DNA of 64,000 bases from Spirochaetia bacterium (GTDB lineage: Bacteria > Spirochaetota > Spirochaetia > UBA9216), in the NCBI GenBank assembly GCA_963675665.1, contig OY776510.1, forward strand, positions 3,648,001 through 3,712,000, read 5' to 3'. Of this stretch, positions 39,314-49,595 are shown piece by piece (the stretch's first letter is position 1; every line of letters begins with the position of its first letter). The notes beneath the pieces are model-generated. The model saw only the letters and a program-made list of their open reading frames with translations, was not told where the DNA came from and ran no database searches. The position numbers and the translations under genes were made by a program.

Positions 39314-39919
39314 ATGACCGAAATATGCTTGATACGACATGGTGAAACAAACTGGAACGCTGAATCCAGAATGCAGGGACGAACCGATATCCCGCTTAAT
39401 GAAACAGGACGGCTCCAGGCCGCAGCAACTGCTGAATTTCTCTCGGGAGAACCCTGGGACTATATTTATTCCAGCCCGCTGATAAGAGCCCGGGAAACCG
39501 CCGGACGAATTGCAGAAGCGGTCGGGCTGCGTGAAATTTCTACTGAGTTTGATCTTATAGAATGTAATTTCGGTATTGCTGAAGGCATGCTGATTGAGGA
39601 ACGACGTAAAATTTATCCTGACATAAGCATGATTCCCGATGCCGAAAATTTCGATGATCTGAGAATCAGGGTTAAAAATATTATTAACAGGATTGCATCA
39701 CGTCACGAAAACTCCCGAATAATAGTAATCGCCCACGGCTGCTTTATTATGGAAGCATTAAGCGCTTTCAGTCAGGACAAAATAAACGGACGAAAAACAT
39801 ACCTGAAAAACCTGTCCATGACTATGCTGACTTTCACAAACGGTCAGTGTGTAATTCCCTGGTATAACCGTTCGGCTCTTGAAACACAGCCTGATTCCGC
39901 CTTCTCACTCAGACATTAA
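39314..39919 (+). CDS. Histidine phosphatase (phosphoglycerate mutase family)
   Basis: RHGETNWN, SSPLIRARETA and AHG motifs. Confidence 0.92.
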   Translation: MTEICLIRHGETNWNAESRMQGRTDIPLNETGRLQAAATAEFLSGEPWDYIYSSPLIRARETAGRIAEAVGLREISTEFDLIECNFGIAEGMLIEERRKIYPDISMIPDAENFDDLRIRVKNIINRIASRHENSRIIVIAHGCFIMEALSAFSQDKINGRKTYLKNLSMTMLTFTNGQCVIPWYNRSALETQPDSAFSLRH

Positions 39920-39937
39920 TCTGTTAATATTTTATAT

Positions 39938-41080
39938 ATGGATACCAGAGTAGCGCTGCTTAAATGTAATGATTATAACGTTCAGTTAATTCTTGATACG
40001 ATGAAAGAAGCTCTCAGGCTTTGCGGCGGCAGAGAGGCGCTTGACGTAGAAGGAAAAACCGTACTGCTGAAACCAAATGTACTTTATGACGCCCTTCCGT
40101 CAAAGGCTGTAACAACAAACCCGGAATTTCTCAGGGCAGCCATCAGATTAATGAAAGAGCTGGGAGCCGCCAAAATTTATGCCGGAGATTCTCCGGGATT
40201 TCAGAAACCCGGATTTAAGGGAAAGAAATGCGGTCTCTGGAATATCTGTGATGAAGAAGGCGCAGAATGGTACGATTTTTCCAGCGGCACAACTGTTTTA
40301 AAATGCCCTGACGGGAAAATGGTAAACCAGTTTATAGTAAGCAATATTGTCGAAAAAGTTGATTTTATCATAAGTCTTCCGAAACTGAAAACTCACCAGC
40401 TGATGTATTTCACGGGAGCAATAAAAAACCAGTTCGGGCTTGTTCCGGGTCTTTCAAAAAGCCCGTATCACATGATGTTTCCGGGAAGAAACAATTTCGC
40501 ACAGATGCTTGTAGATCTCCATTCCGCGTTAAAACCGGCCTTTGCTTTTATGGACGCTATAATATCAATGGAAGGTCCGGGCCCAGGAAGCGGATATCCG
40601 AAACAGACCAATCTTCTATTGGCATCAGCAAACCTGCTTGCCCTTGATATAACAGCCTGCAGGCTTATCGGGTATGATCCGGACATAATCCCTGTTAACC
40701 GGGATGCAATAGACCGTGAAATATGGCTCAGCTCAACTTCAGACCCGCAGGTACTCGGCCTTGATATTACAGATGCCAAAATTCATGATTTTACAAAAAT
40801 CAGACCTACAGGAAACCCGAGTCAGCTCCTTGAATTTCTGACCCCTAAATTTATCAGGAATTTCGAAAGATCGCTTTCACCTAAACCTGTTTTCAGTGAA
40901 AAAAACTGTATTCGCTGCGGACAGTGCGTGAGGATCTGCCCTGCTGAAGCACTTGAAATGCATGATATGGTTGAGATTGATTATAAAAAATGCATACGCT
41001 GTTTCTGCTGCCATGAGGTTTGCCCTGAAGATGCCATAAAGATCAGGCGGGCGCCTTTCATCAAAGGCATTAAAACTTAA
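39938..41080 (+). CDS. DUF362 protein with C-terminal 2x[4Fe-4S] ferredoxin domain
   Basis: VLLKPN, LPKLKTH, GAIKN.FG, MEGPGP; CIRCGQCVRICP and CIRCFCCHEVCP. Confidence 0.92.
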   Translation: MDTRVALLKCNDYNVQLILDTMKEALRLCGGREALDVEGKTVLLKPNVLYDALPSKAVTTNPEFLRAAIRLMKELGAAKIYAGDSPGFQKPGFKGKKCGLWNICDEEGAEWYDFSSGTTVLKCPDGKMVNQFIVSNIVEKVDFIISLPKLKTHQLMYFTGAIKNQFGLVPGLSKSPYHMMFPGRNNFAQMLVDLHSALKPAFAFMDAIISMEGPGPGSGYPKQTNLLLASANLLALDITACRLIGYDPDIIPVNRDAIDREIWLSSTSDPQVLGLDITDAKIHDFTKIRPTGNPSQLLEFLTPKFIRNFERSLSPKPVFSEKNCIRCGQCVRICPAEALEMHDMVEIDYKKCIRCFCCHEVCPEDAIKIRRAPFIKGIKT

Positions 41081-41133
41081 AGATTAACAGTTAAAACACG
41101 GGAAAAAATCCCGGGCCTTAACGGTTTATGTTT

Positions 41134-41925
41134 TTATGAAAGAAGCGCTTCATCCGAAGTGAATTCTTTCTTTCGTATTTTATGGAATTTAGCTACAAGC
41201 GAGTCGACAGTCAGCTTTTTCTTGTCTTCACCGCTGATATCGATGATTATTTTCCCTTCATCCATCATCAGAAGCCTGTTTCCATAATCAATCGCCTGCT
41301 GCATGTTATGCGTGATCATCATAACCGTAAATCCGTACTCGCTGATAAATCTGCCTGTCAGATCCAGCACCTTTTCCGCATTTCTTGGGTCCAGGGCGGC
41401 AGTGTGCTCATCCAGCAATACCAGCTCCGGTTTTGAAAGCGACATCATAAGAAGCGTCAGAGCCTGACGCTGTCCTCCCGACAGCATACCGACATTATCG
41501 TTTATCCGGTTTTCCAGTTCCATATCCAGGCGTTTCAGCTGTTCACCGAAATACTCTCTTTTCTTCCGGTTTAGGCTTATTTTCAGTCCTTTGAATCCCT
41601 TGCCGCCCGCAACAAGCATATTATCGACGATGGACATATTTCCGGCGGTACCCAGCAGCGGGTCCTGGAAAATCCTGCCGATGTACCTGGCCCTTTTATA
41701 TTCAGGATGAGATGTTACATCTTCATCGTTGATAAGGACCCTGCCCGAAGACGGTCTTTTGTTTCCGGAGATTACATTATACAGCGTAGTTTTTCCTGCC
41801 CCGTTCGAACCGATAATCGTAATAAAATCGCCCTTTTTTATCCTGAGATCAATATCCTTCAGAACATGGTTCCTGTCGGGGGTTCCCTCGCCGAAAATCA
41901 TATTAATTTTTTCAAGCTTTATCAT
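41134..41925 (-). CDS. ABC transporter ATPase (putative Trp/Tyr type)
   Basis: GSNGAGKT, FQDPLLGTA, LSGGQRQAL and LLDEHTAALDP motifs. Confidence 0.92.
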   Translation of the reverse strand: MIKLEKINMIFGEGTPDRNHVLKDIDLRIKKGDFITIIGSNGAGKTTLYNVISGNKRPSSGRVLINDEDVTSHPEYKRARYIGRIFQDPLLGTAGNMSIVDNMLVAGGKGFKGLKISLNRKKREYFGEQLKRLDMELENRINDNVGMLSGGQRQALTLLMMSLSKPELVLLDEHTAALDPRNAEKVLDLTGRFISEYGFTVMMITHNMQQAIDYGNRLLMMDEGKIIIDISGEDKKKLTVDSLVAKFHKIRKKEFTSDEALLS

Positions 41926-42821
41926 TTCGCAGGCCTCCTGAATCTCAGCGATTTGGATCGGTATTTCGTAAAAACCAGACAAACTATTATCAGCGCCCCT
42001 GTAATAAGCTTCAGATCGTTAGGAGTGAGATTTATATAATAACCGTAATATCTTCCGAAAAACATAATCGCTTTGTAAAGAACTGCCCCCAGAATAACTC
42101 TCAGCGTAAGCAGGCCTATCCTGTTTGAAGAGAAAAGAAACTCGCCTAGCATGACCATTGCAAGCCCGGAAACAACTATACCCTGGCCCAGGTTGACATC
42201 GGCGAACCCCTGGTATTGTGCCGCAAATGCGCCGCTGACGGCCACCATACCGTTCGACAGCCCTACTCCGATAATCTTTACTATTTCCGGGTTTACTCCC
42301 TGGCTGATAACCATCTGCTCATTATCGCCCATGGCGCCCATAGTCAGACCCAGATCTGTATGAAAAAACAGGTCGAGCGCAAGTTTTATCGCAAGCACTA
42401 TTATTATAAAAAATATCAGGATAGCGCCCGTCTCGCCGAATACAGGGGCAAACAATTCGTCCACCTTTGAAAGAATTGTCTCCGTGCGCAGCAGCGGAAG
42501 ATTAGCGCGGTTTCCCAGGATCCGGATATTAATCGACCACAGCATGGTCATCGTGAGAATTCCCGCAAGAAGACTTGGAACGCCGAGTTTATTATGTATC
42601 ACAGCCGTTACGCCGCCGGCCGCAAAACCGCATACAAAAGATAGCAGAAGCGCTGCGCCCATGTTCATACCGCCCGACAGGCAGATTGCCATTACCGCCG
42701 CACCCATGGGAAATGTTCCGTCGACTGAAAGATCCGGAAAATCAAGAACTCTGAATGTTAAAAAAACGCCGAGGGCCATGATCCCGTAGATCAGACCCTC
42801 AACAAAAATACCCTCAATCAT
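41922..42821 (-). CDS. ABC transporter permease (putative Trp/Tyr type)
   Basis: FRVLDFPDLSVDGTF and QYQGFADVNLG motifs. Confidence 0.92.
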   Translation of the reverse strand: MIEGIFVEGLIYGIMALGVFLTFRVLDFPDLSVDGTFPMGAAVMAICLSGGMNMGAALLLSFVCGFAAGGVTAVIHNKLGVPSLLAGILTMTMLWSINIRILGNRANLPLLRTETILSKVDELFAPVFGETGAILIFFIIIVLAIKLALDLFFHTDLGLTMGAMGDNEQMVISQGVNPEIVKIIGVGLSNGMVAVSGAFAAQYQGFADVNLGQGIVVSGLAMVMLGEFLFSSNRIGLLTLRVILGAVLYKAIMFFGRYYGYYINLTPNDLKLITGALIIVCLVFTKYRSKSLRFRRPAK

Positions 42822-42824
42822 TTA

Positions 42825-43826
42825 TTAATTCTGAACTTTTCGGGCGGCCGAAAGAATTTCACCCGGAATTGTAATTCCGAGCTTATCTGCTACTTCCGTA
42901 TCAATAAGCAGATCAATATCGGAAGGATCGGTCATAAACATGGTCGGGGTGCTGTCGGGATCAGCCCCGGCAAGTATATCAAGAATCATTCTACCCGACG
43001 CCCGGCCCATCTTGTAATAATCAAATCCCCACGCAATAAGAACTCCGCCGTTTTCAGCTGATGTAGGATCTGCCGACACAATTGGGATTCCTGCTTTATC
43101 GGCCACATCAACCAGAGCGCTTATTGCCGATACTACCGTATTGTCAGTACTGACATAGTAAGCGTCTACCTTGCCGGCTATTGTCTGTGCAGCCTGTTTA
43201 ACCTCTGCAGAATTGCTTACGCCGGTTCCGATAAATTCAATTCCTAGCTCGCCGCAGGCTTCTTCGGCAATTTCTGCAAGCCTTACCGCGTTTGCTTCTG
43301 AATTGGTATATACATGTCCCAGAGTTTTCAGATCAATCATTGATGCCAAAAGTTTAATCTGCTCTTTAACGGGGGTCATATCGGATATTCCGGTAATATT
43401 ACCCTCACCTTTGGCAGTTGATGTTATCAGGCCGGCGTCAACAGGGTCTGTAACAGCAGAGAATATAACCGGAACGTCCTTTATAGCCTGTGCAAGAGCC
43501 TGAGCGGTAGGTGTTGCTATTCCGACAGCAAGATCAACTTTCTCTGCCTTGAATTTCTGGGCTATTGAAGCCGCGGTTGCCATTTCCCCGTTTGCATTCT
43601 GCAGATCAAAAACAGCATCAGGATACTTTTCCGATACGACTTCCACAATTCCCTTTTCAAGAGCATCAAGAGCCGGATGCGCTACTATTTTTGAAATTCC
43701 TATCTTGAGCGGTTTAGCTGCCTGATCCGCAGAATCTGCCTCCTTGACTTCCTGGCTGCCGCCTGCAAACACGGTTCCTGTAATAAGGAGTATTATACTC
43801 AATACCGTTAAAAATCTTTTAAACAT
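42825..43826 (-). CDS. ABC transporter substrate-binding protein (ABC_sub_bind, TrpX-like)
   Basis: HPALD, IATPTAQA, AVTDPV and NITGISD motifs. Confidence 0.92.
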   Translation of the reverse strand: MFKRFLTVLSIILLITGTVFAGGSQEVKEADSADQAAKPLKIGISKIVAHPALDALEKGIVEVVSEKYPDAVFDLQNANGEMATAASIAQKFKAEKVDLAVGIATPTAQALAQAIKDVPVIFSAVTDPVDAGLITSTAKGEGNITGISDMTPVKEQIKLLASMIDLKTLGHVYTNSEANAVRLAEIAEEACGELGIEFIGTGVSNSAEVKQAAQTIAGKVDAYYVSTDNTVVSAISALVDVADKAGIPIVSADPTSAENGGVLIAWGFDYYKMGRASGRMILDILAGADPDSTPTMFMTDPSDIDLLIDTEVADKLGITIPGEILSAARKVQN

Positions 43827-43945
43827 AACAATTACCTCTCTTTTATGTTCTTATGCATAGAAACACTATCACTTGTAGAGCTTTTAGTCAAGCAACTGTT
43901 TGTAACTTGTGGACTATAATTTTCTTGTCTGGTAGAATGCGCGTT

Positions 43946-44425
43946 ATGGAAATAAGGACTATACTTTTAACGGCGGCCTTTACACTGCTTCCAATTTCTG
44001 AGCTTCGCGGGGCTATTCCTTTTGCCGTTCTGAACGGTATGAATCCGTTTGCTGCTTATATATATTGCGTGCTGCTCAATGCTTTGCTTGGTCCTATTGT
44101 TTATCTTTTCCTTGACTCTCTTCATAAGCTTTTTTACAGACTTAACTGGTATCATAATTTATTCGACAAGCTTGTAACCCGCGCAAGATCAAAGGTTGCT
44201 GCCAAAGTCGACCGGTTCGGGTATCTCGGCATTCTTCTTTTTGTAGGTATCCCGCTGCCGATAACCGGAGCATATACGGGAACCCTCGGCGCCTGGATAC
44301 TCGGGTTGAACCGGAAAAAAACATGTCTGGCTGTGGCCGGAGGTGCGGTCATCTCTGGCATTATAGTATCGCTTATCGTTTATTTCGGCACAGAGGCCGC
44401 TTCCATTTTTATTAAACAGGTTTGA
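43946..44425 (+). CDS. Small multi-drug export family membrane protein (COG2426-like)
   Basis: LPISELRGAIP and FVGIPLPITGAYTG motifs. Confidence 0.88.
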   Translation: MEIRTILLTAAFTLLPISELRGAIPFAVLNGMNPFAAYIYCVLLNALLGPIVYLFLDSLHKLFYRLNWYHNLFDKLVTRARSKVAAKVDRFGYLGILLFVGIPLPITGAYTGTLGAWILGLNRKKTCLAVAGGAVISGIIVSLIVYFGTEAASIFIKQV

Positions 44426-44429
44426 ATTA

Positions 44430-46436
44430 ATGGCAATACAGCTTGAAAAAGAACTCAATGATATGCAGTGTAAAGCTGCGTCCATAATACAGGGGCCAGT
44501 TCTTATTATTGCCGGGGCCGGAAGCGGCAAAACCCGGATGATAACATTCCGTATTGCACATATGCTTGAACAGGGTATTCCCCAATCAGCTATCCTGGCT
44601 TTGACATTTACCAATAAAGCGGCCCGTGAAATGGAAGGCAGGGTAAAACAGTTGACAGGCCAGAAGCTAAACAAGCTGACTGTATCAACTTTCCATGCAT
44701 TCGGGGTTAAAATTCTAAGGGAATCAATTCATCATATGCCGGGATATAAAGAAAATTTTACAATATATGATCAGGCGGATAAAAACTCGGCGGTAAAGGA
44801 AGCTGCACGTTACGCAGGCCTGGGAGGGGAAAACCTTGACCTGTATATGGTCAACAACCTTATATCCGAGATTAAAACCGGACGTAAAAAATGGGACAAT
44901 ACAAACGACTTTTATAAACCTGTTTTTGATCGGTATCACAGCCATCTTGCGGCATATAACGCGGTAGACTTTGATGATCTGATAATGATGCCGCAGATGC
45001 TTTTTCAGAAAAATCAGGCTGTTCTTGAAGAATACCGCGGGCGGTATAAATATATAATGGTTGATGAGTTCCAGGACACTTCCATGGCGCAGTACAACCT
45101 GGTACGCATGCTCGGCGAGAATAATCGAAATGTATGCGTTGTAGGGGATGATGATCAGTCTATTTATTCGTGGCGCGGGGCCAACTACCAGAACATCATC
45201 AATTTTGAAAAGGATTTTCCGGAATTAACTGAAATTAAACTGGAACAGAATTATCGTTCAACTCAGAATATTCTTGCTGCTGCTAACAAACTGATTGAAA
45301 ACAACACAAACCGGAAAGAAAAAAAACTCTGGACGGGAACTTCGGGGGGAAAATCAATAGAGATTTTTTATCCCGAGAACGAAATTAATGAGGCTGAGTT
45401 TATTGCTGAACTGATTCACAAGTTTTCCTATGAAGACAATATAAAATTTCACGACATTGGTGTTCTTGTAAGAACCAACAGTCTTACTGCCACCCTTGAA
45501 GAAGCCTTTCTTTCCGCAAACCTGCCGTACAAGGTATCGGGTGGACAAAGTTTCTTTCAACGCAAAGAAATAAAAGATATTATTTCATATCTGCGGGTTA
45601 TATCAAATCCGGATGACGACGTTAATTTTCTTCGAATAATCAATACACCGAGGCGCGGTATAGGCAATACCACTTTGATGAAACTTCGTGAACTTGCCGA
45701 ACATGCGGGCTGTTCAATTTTCTCGGCAATGACGATGGTTGTCAGAGATGCAGAGTCTTCCCTTAAGGATTCACTTAGAGCTCATATCTCGGAATTTGTT
45801 GATCTGATAAACGGTTACCGCGACAGATTTCTTTCGGGTAAGAAAATGACTGCGGCACTCAGAGCCCTGATTGACGAAATTGATTACTGGGGTTATCTGA
45901 TAACGGATAATTCCAAAAACGAAAAACTTGCACGCTGGAAATTCGGTAACGTACAGAAGTTTATCGAATTTTTTGAGAACTGGGAAAAGAATCCTGATAA
46001 CATTAAACCGAATATCTATGATTATTTGAACAAGATTACGCTCGTAACCCATGAGGACACCGAAGACGACGAAGAAGGCAAACTGAATCTAATGACCATC
46101 CACGCTTCGAAAGGCCTTGAGTTTAATGTTGTTTTTCTTGCCGGAGTCGAGGATCATATTATTCCCCATGCAAGGGCGCTTGAGGAAAATCCTGAAAGCA
46201 TTGAAGAAGAGCGGAGATTGTTCTATGTGGCAATAACCAGGGCCAAAGAGAAACTGTTTATAACCTCATGCAGGACCCGCAGGGTAATGCGCGATATTGT
46301 TGAGACTATTCCGTCGCGCTTTCTTGAAGAAATACCCTCGGAGCTTATCGTCCCCCATCAGGAAGATCTCCTGGTCGACAAGGACGATGCGATTACCCAG
46401 TTTGCGTCTATAAAAGCAAGACTGACGGCGAAATAA
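44430..46436 (+). CDS. UvrD/Rep/PcrA ATP-dependent DNA helicase
   Basis: AGAGSGKT, VDEFQDT, VGDDDQSIY, LEQNYRS, TIHASKGLEF and EERRLFYVAITRA motifs. Confidence 0.96.
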   Translation: MAIQLEKELNDMQCKAASIIQGPVLIIAGAGSGKTRMITFRIAHMLEQGIPQSAILALTFTNKAAREMEGRVKQLTGQKLNKLTVSTFHAFGVKILRESIHHMPGYKENFTIYDQADKNSAVKEAARYAGLGGENLDLYMVNNLISEIKTGRKKWDNTNDFYKPVFDRYHSHLAAYNAVDFDDLIMMPQMLFQKNQAVLEEYRGRYKYIMVDEFQDTSMAQYNLVRMLGENNRNVCVVGDDDQSIYSWRGANYQNIINFEKDFPELTEIKLEQNYRSTQNILAAANKLIENNTNRKEKKLWTGTSGGKSIEIFYPENEINEAEFIAELIHKFSYEDNIKFHDIGVLVRTNSLTATLEEAFLSANLPYKVSGGQSFFQRKEIKDIISYLRVISNPDDDVNFLRIINTPRRGIGNTTLMKLRELAEHAGCSIFSAMTMVVRDAESSLKDSLRAHISEFVDLINGYRDRFLSGKKMTAALRALIDEIDYWGYLITDNSKNEKLARWKFGNVQKFIEFFENWEKNPDNIKPNIYDYLNKITLVTHEDTEDDEEGKLNLMTIHASKGLEFNVVFLAGVEDHIIPHARALEENPESIEEERRLFYVAITRAKEKLFITSCRTRRVMRDIVETIPSRFLEEIPSELIVPHQEDLLVDKDDAITQFASIKARLTAK

Positions 46437-46518
46437 AAATAAAGAGCGCCTTAACAAGGCGCTCTTAAAAATAAAGGAGAAGAAGAAAAAAGGAGGTCTG
46501 TTGTCCAAACGTTCCTAT
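46436..46518 (-). ncRNA. Candidate small RNA with anti-Shine-Dalgarno tracts
   Basis: TTGATT-N17-TATATT promoter (46552-46524), CU-rich body, terminator; prediction only. Confidence 0.5.
46442..46466. terminator. Strong hairpin, probable terminator between convergent units
   Basis: AAGAGCGCCTT-AAC-AAGGCGCTCTT perfect 11-bp stem; U-rich tail on the minus strand. Confidence 0.85.
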
Positions 46519-46534
46519 ATATAAATATAATTAT

Positions 46535-47866
46535 TCAGAACTGACAAATCAAATTTTCCACGCACTTTTCTTGCTTTTTTTTTATTTTTTTTATTCTGCC
46601 GTCATCAAAAGCTTCCAAAGGCATTTTAAGCCGGAATTCCGTACCTTTTTTGTTATCAATAAACAGTTCCGCTTGAAGCTGCTGCGCAAGCGCTTCAATT
46701 ATAACCAAACCAGTTGATTGCATATTCTCTGCAAGTTTTTCTTCATCAAAACCATCGCCGTTATCACTGATAGAGAGAATGCAATAACCTGTTTCGTCAT
46801 ATTCAAGCTTAATACTAATTTCGGGTACTTCAGTATTTTTGAAAGCATGCTTATATGAATTCGTTACAACTTCATTTACAAACATTCCAATTGGTATTAA
46901 AACATTTAAGTTAAAATAAGCAGGGATCAGCTCATGCTTGATTAATACAGGTTTTGACTCATGATACATACTTAGCTGTATTCCTTCCATCAATTCCGTT
47001 AAATAATCTTCAATTAAAATCCTCTTAAAATCCTTACTCTTGTATAAATGTTCATGAACGAGAGCCATTGTGTTTATTCTGTTCTCAATACTGTTAATAA
47101 TTTCTATTCTCTCCGCATCCTTTATATTCTCCGATTGCAGATGCAGAATTGAGGTTATTATCGCCAGATTATTTTTTACCCTGTGATGAACTTCCTGTAG
47201 AAGAATTTCTTTTTCTTTTAACGATAGTTGGATTTCCTGATGCGCCTTCTCCCAATCCAGAAAAATAAAAAATACAAGCAATGATAAATTTATTAATGCT
47301 GTTACGGTAAAACGAAGAGACAACGGCGATTCACTTAAAAATAAATTAAATCCGATAGTATGAAAAAAACCCAGTAATAATGTTACACAAAGCCAGATAA
47401 AACTGTTTCCGGCTTTTCTTTTCCTGAATAGTCGCCGGTTAAAAACAGCGATAAACAACATTGCCAATATAAATATACCCTGAACTGCTATAGTTATAAA
47501 ACCACTCGAAAAAGTTAACAGAAAGTATAAAACAGTCATTAGAAGAATAAAGGAACTTATAATTATCGTAACTGCAAATCCCGACAGAGTCCATATAAAC
47601 AAGGCAATGCTTAAAGTCAGCATCATCGTTGCACACGCAGCCGTAAAAGGATAAAAAATATTTAAAATCTGATTTCCGAGATTATAATTTAACATTGCAA
47701 TCAGCGGCCCTATCATATAAATAAACCACGCTGCTGATAACACACAATACCTCATTGTGTATCTTCGGAACAGAAGAGATAAAAAAACTAAAAGACCAAC
47801 AATTCTAACGCCTGCAAGCATTAATAACGCTATTATTAAATCATCTATATACATTAAACTTTCCAT
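46535..47866 (-). CDS. Orphan membrane sensor histidine kinase (HisKA_2 type)
   Basis: About 7 TM helices; LLQEVHHRVKNNL, NEVVTNSYKHAF and ISDNGDG motifs. Confidence 0.92.
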   Translation of the reverse strand: MESLMYIDDLIIALLMLAGVRIVGLLVFLSLLFRRYTMRYCVLSAAWFIYMIGPLIAMLNYNLGNQILNIFYPFTAACATMMLTLSIALFIWTLSGFAVTIIISSFILLMTVLYFLLTFSSGFITIAVQGIFILAMLFIAVFNRRLFRKRKAGNSFIWLCVTLLLGFFHTIGFNLFLSESPLSLRFTVTALINLSLLVFFIFLDWEKAHQEIQLSLKEKEILLQEVHHRVKNNLAIITSILHLQSENIKDAERIEIINSIENRINTMALVHEHLYKSKDFKRILIEDYLTELMEGIQLSMYHESKPVLIKHELIPAYFNLNVLIPIGMFVNEVVTNSYKHAFKNTEVPEISIKLEYDETGYCILSISDNGDGFDEEKLAENMQSTGLVIIEALAQQLQAELFIDNKKGTEFRLKMPLEAFDDGRIKKIKKKQEKCVENLICQF

Positions 47867-47933
47867 ATGAATATAATTATAGTAAACTTAAAATTCAAAA
47901 TCAAACTATTGTTAGTTCTTTAAGGAATTACTT

Positions 47934-48152
47934 ATGAACTGTCCTGAATGCGAAGGAATCCTTGACGGAAGGGGAAGTCATTACCGCTGCCCTGACTGCG
48001 GTCAAAGCTGGAAGATAACTTTTACATGCGAAATATGCGGAGAGCTTCCCAGGGTAGCAGCGAGCTGCGGCGCAGTCAGTTTTTTTTGTGAAAGATGTGG
48101 TAATCTAAAATCCAGAGAATCCATGAACAAGGAATTTACCAAAGATAATTAA
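47934..48152 (+). CDS. Small double zinc-ribbon protein (YfgJ-like)
   Basis: Four CxxC pairs; SCGAVSFFCERCGNLKSR. Confidence 0.8.
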   Translation: MNCPECEGILDGRGSHYRCPDCGQSWKITFTCEICGELPRVAASCGAVSFFCERCGNLKSRESMNKEFTKDN

Positions 48153-48907
48153 TGAATGATTCATTGCTTCTTGATGCACACCTGCATATAAAAGCACACT
48201 CAGAACTTCATATTTCCGAGAATGTTGGACGAATCTTTCTTAATTCAACCGAAACGGCAGATATGGCGACGGTTAAAGAAAGCTCTGAAACTGATAACCG
48301 GATAATCCCATTTTACGGTTTGCATCCATGGAATGCCGGGGTTCATAAAACAGACTTGCCGGACTTTAAGCAGCTTCTTACCCAAAATACTTTTTCCGGC
48401 ATCGGCGAATGCGGGCTTGACTTCGGACAAAAATACAGGGAATCGCGTGAAAATCAAATCGGGATATTTGAAAAGCAGCTTGAACTGGCATTTGAATTCC
48501 GCAGACCTGTTTCCGTACACTGCGTAAGAGCCTGGGGGCAGATCATAAAAAGCCTTGGGAAATTTGTGCCTCTTCCTGCTCCTTTTATCCTTCACTCCTT
48601 TTACGGTTCTTCCGAAACAGCGGAGATCCTTATAAACCTTGGAGGTTATATTTCAATCTCCCCTATTTCGCTTCAAAATCCGGTACGTTCAACCCCGGTT
48701 ATAAAAGATCTGCCTTTAAACAGGATTCTGACTGAAACTGATCTGCTTGCAGGAGGTAAAGATTTTTCTGCTGAAAATCATTTACACACTCTTAAAAATG
48801 TTTACAATACAGTTGCAAATATTAAATCTACAAGCTTCAATGACTTTTTAAAAAGGATTTGGAAAAATGGAACGGTTTTCACGAACAGCGAAACTGATCG
48901 GAACTGA
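48152..48907 (+). CDS. tatD: TatD-family hydrolase
   Basis: DAHLH, GLHPW, IGECGLD, SVHCVRA and ILTETD motifs. Confidence 0.92.
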   Translation: MNDSLLLDAHLHIKAHSELHISENVGRIFLNSTETADMATVKESSETDNRIIPFYGLHPWNAGVHKTDLPDFKQLLTQNTFSGIGECGLDFGQKYRESRENQIGIFEKQLELAFEFRRPVSVHCVRAWGQIIKSLGKFVPLPAPFILHSFYGSSETAEILINLGGYISISPISLQNPVRSTPVIKDLPLNRILTETDLLAGGKDFSAENHLHTLKNVYNTVANIKSTSFNDFLKRIWKNGTVFTNSETDRN

Positions 48908-49595
48908 AAAACTTGAAAAGCTCGGTAATTCATCAGCGTTTATTTTCGGACTTGGAGCAGTCGGAAGTTTCGCTGCAGAAGCCCTGGTTCGCAGCGGAAC
49001 AGGAAATCTCACATTAGTTGATTTTGATACTATCAGTGAAAGTAATATAAACCGGCAACTTTTCGCGCTTGAAAGCACTCTGGGAAAATATAAAACCGAT
49101 GTTGCGCTCAAGCGGTTATCCGATATAAATCCTGGTTGCCGCCTTAATGCTCTTAATGCATTTGCCGACAGAAACACAATCCCTGATATACTTTGGAACC
49201 GACCCGATATAATTCTTGATGCAATAGATTCGATAGGCCCTAAAATCGAGCTGCTTTCCTTTGCCGTTAAAAACAATATCCCTATCATTTCATCAATGGG
49301 CGCGGCACGCAGACTCAACCCCCTTGCCGTAAAAGTTGGAGACCTTTTTGAAACTGCAAATTGCCCGCTTGCAAGACTGATGAGAAAATCACTTCGACGA
49401 CGAGGAATAACCAGCGGGATAACCTGTGTGTATTCAGACGAACTTCCTCTTCGCCCTACTGAAGAAGAATCTGTCGAGGAGGTGTCTTTCGACGGGCAGA
49501 ATATTAAAATACTCGGGAGCATGCCTACAGTAACAGGAATTTTCGGTTTGCTGCTTGCTGATACTGCTATCAAGTTTCTTCTTGAAAAAACTTGA
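48867..49595 (+). CDS. tcdA: tRNA threonylcarbamoyladenosine dehydratase (ThiF family)
   Basis: GLGAVGS, SNINRQ, DAIDS, SSMGAA, CPLAR and VYSDE motifs. Confidence 0.9.
   Translation: MERFSRTAKLIGTEKLEKLGNSSAFIFGLGAVGSFAAEALVRSGTGNLTLVDFDTISESNINRQLFALESTLGKYKTDVALKRLSDINPGCRLNALNAFADRNTIPDILWNRPDIILDAIDSIGPKIELLSFAVKNNIPIISSMGAARRLNPLAVKVGDLFETANCPLARLMRKSLRRRGITSGITCVYSDELPLRPTEEESVEEVSFDGQNIKILGSMPTVTGIFGLLLADTAIKFLLEKT

Noticed and set aside
46489-46524. Plus-strand AAGGAGG followed by a TTG 7-codon ORF (MSKRSYI)
   Set aside because: Lies just past a terminator hairpin with no plus-strand promoter; better explained as the complement of the minus-strand anti-SD tract
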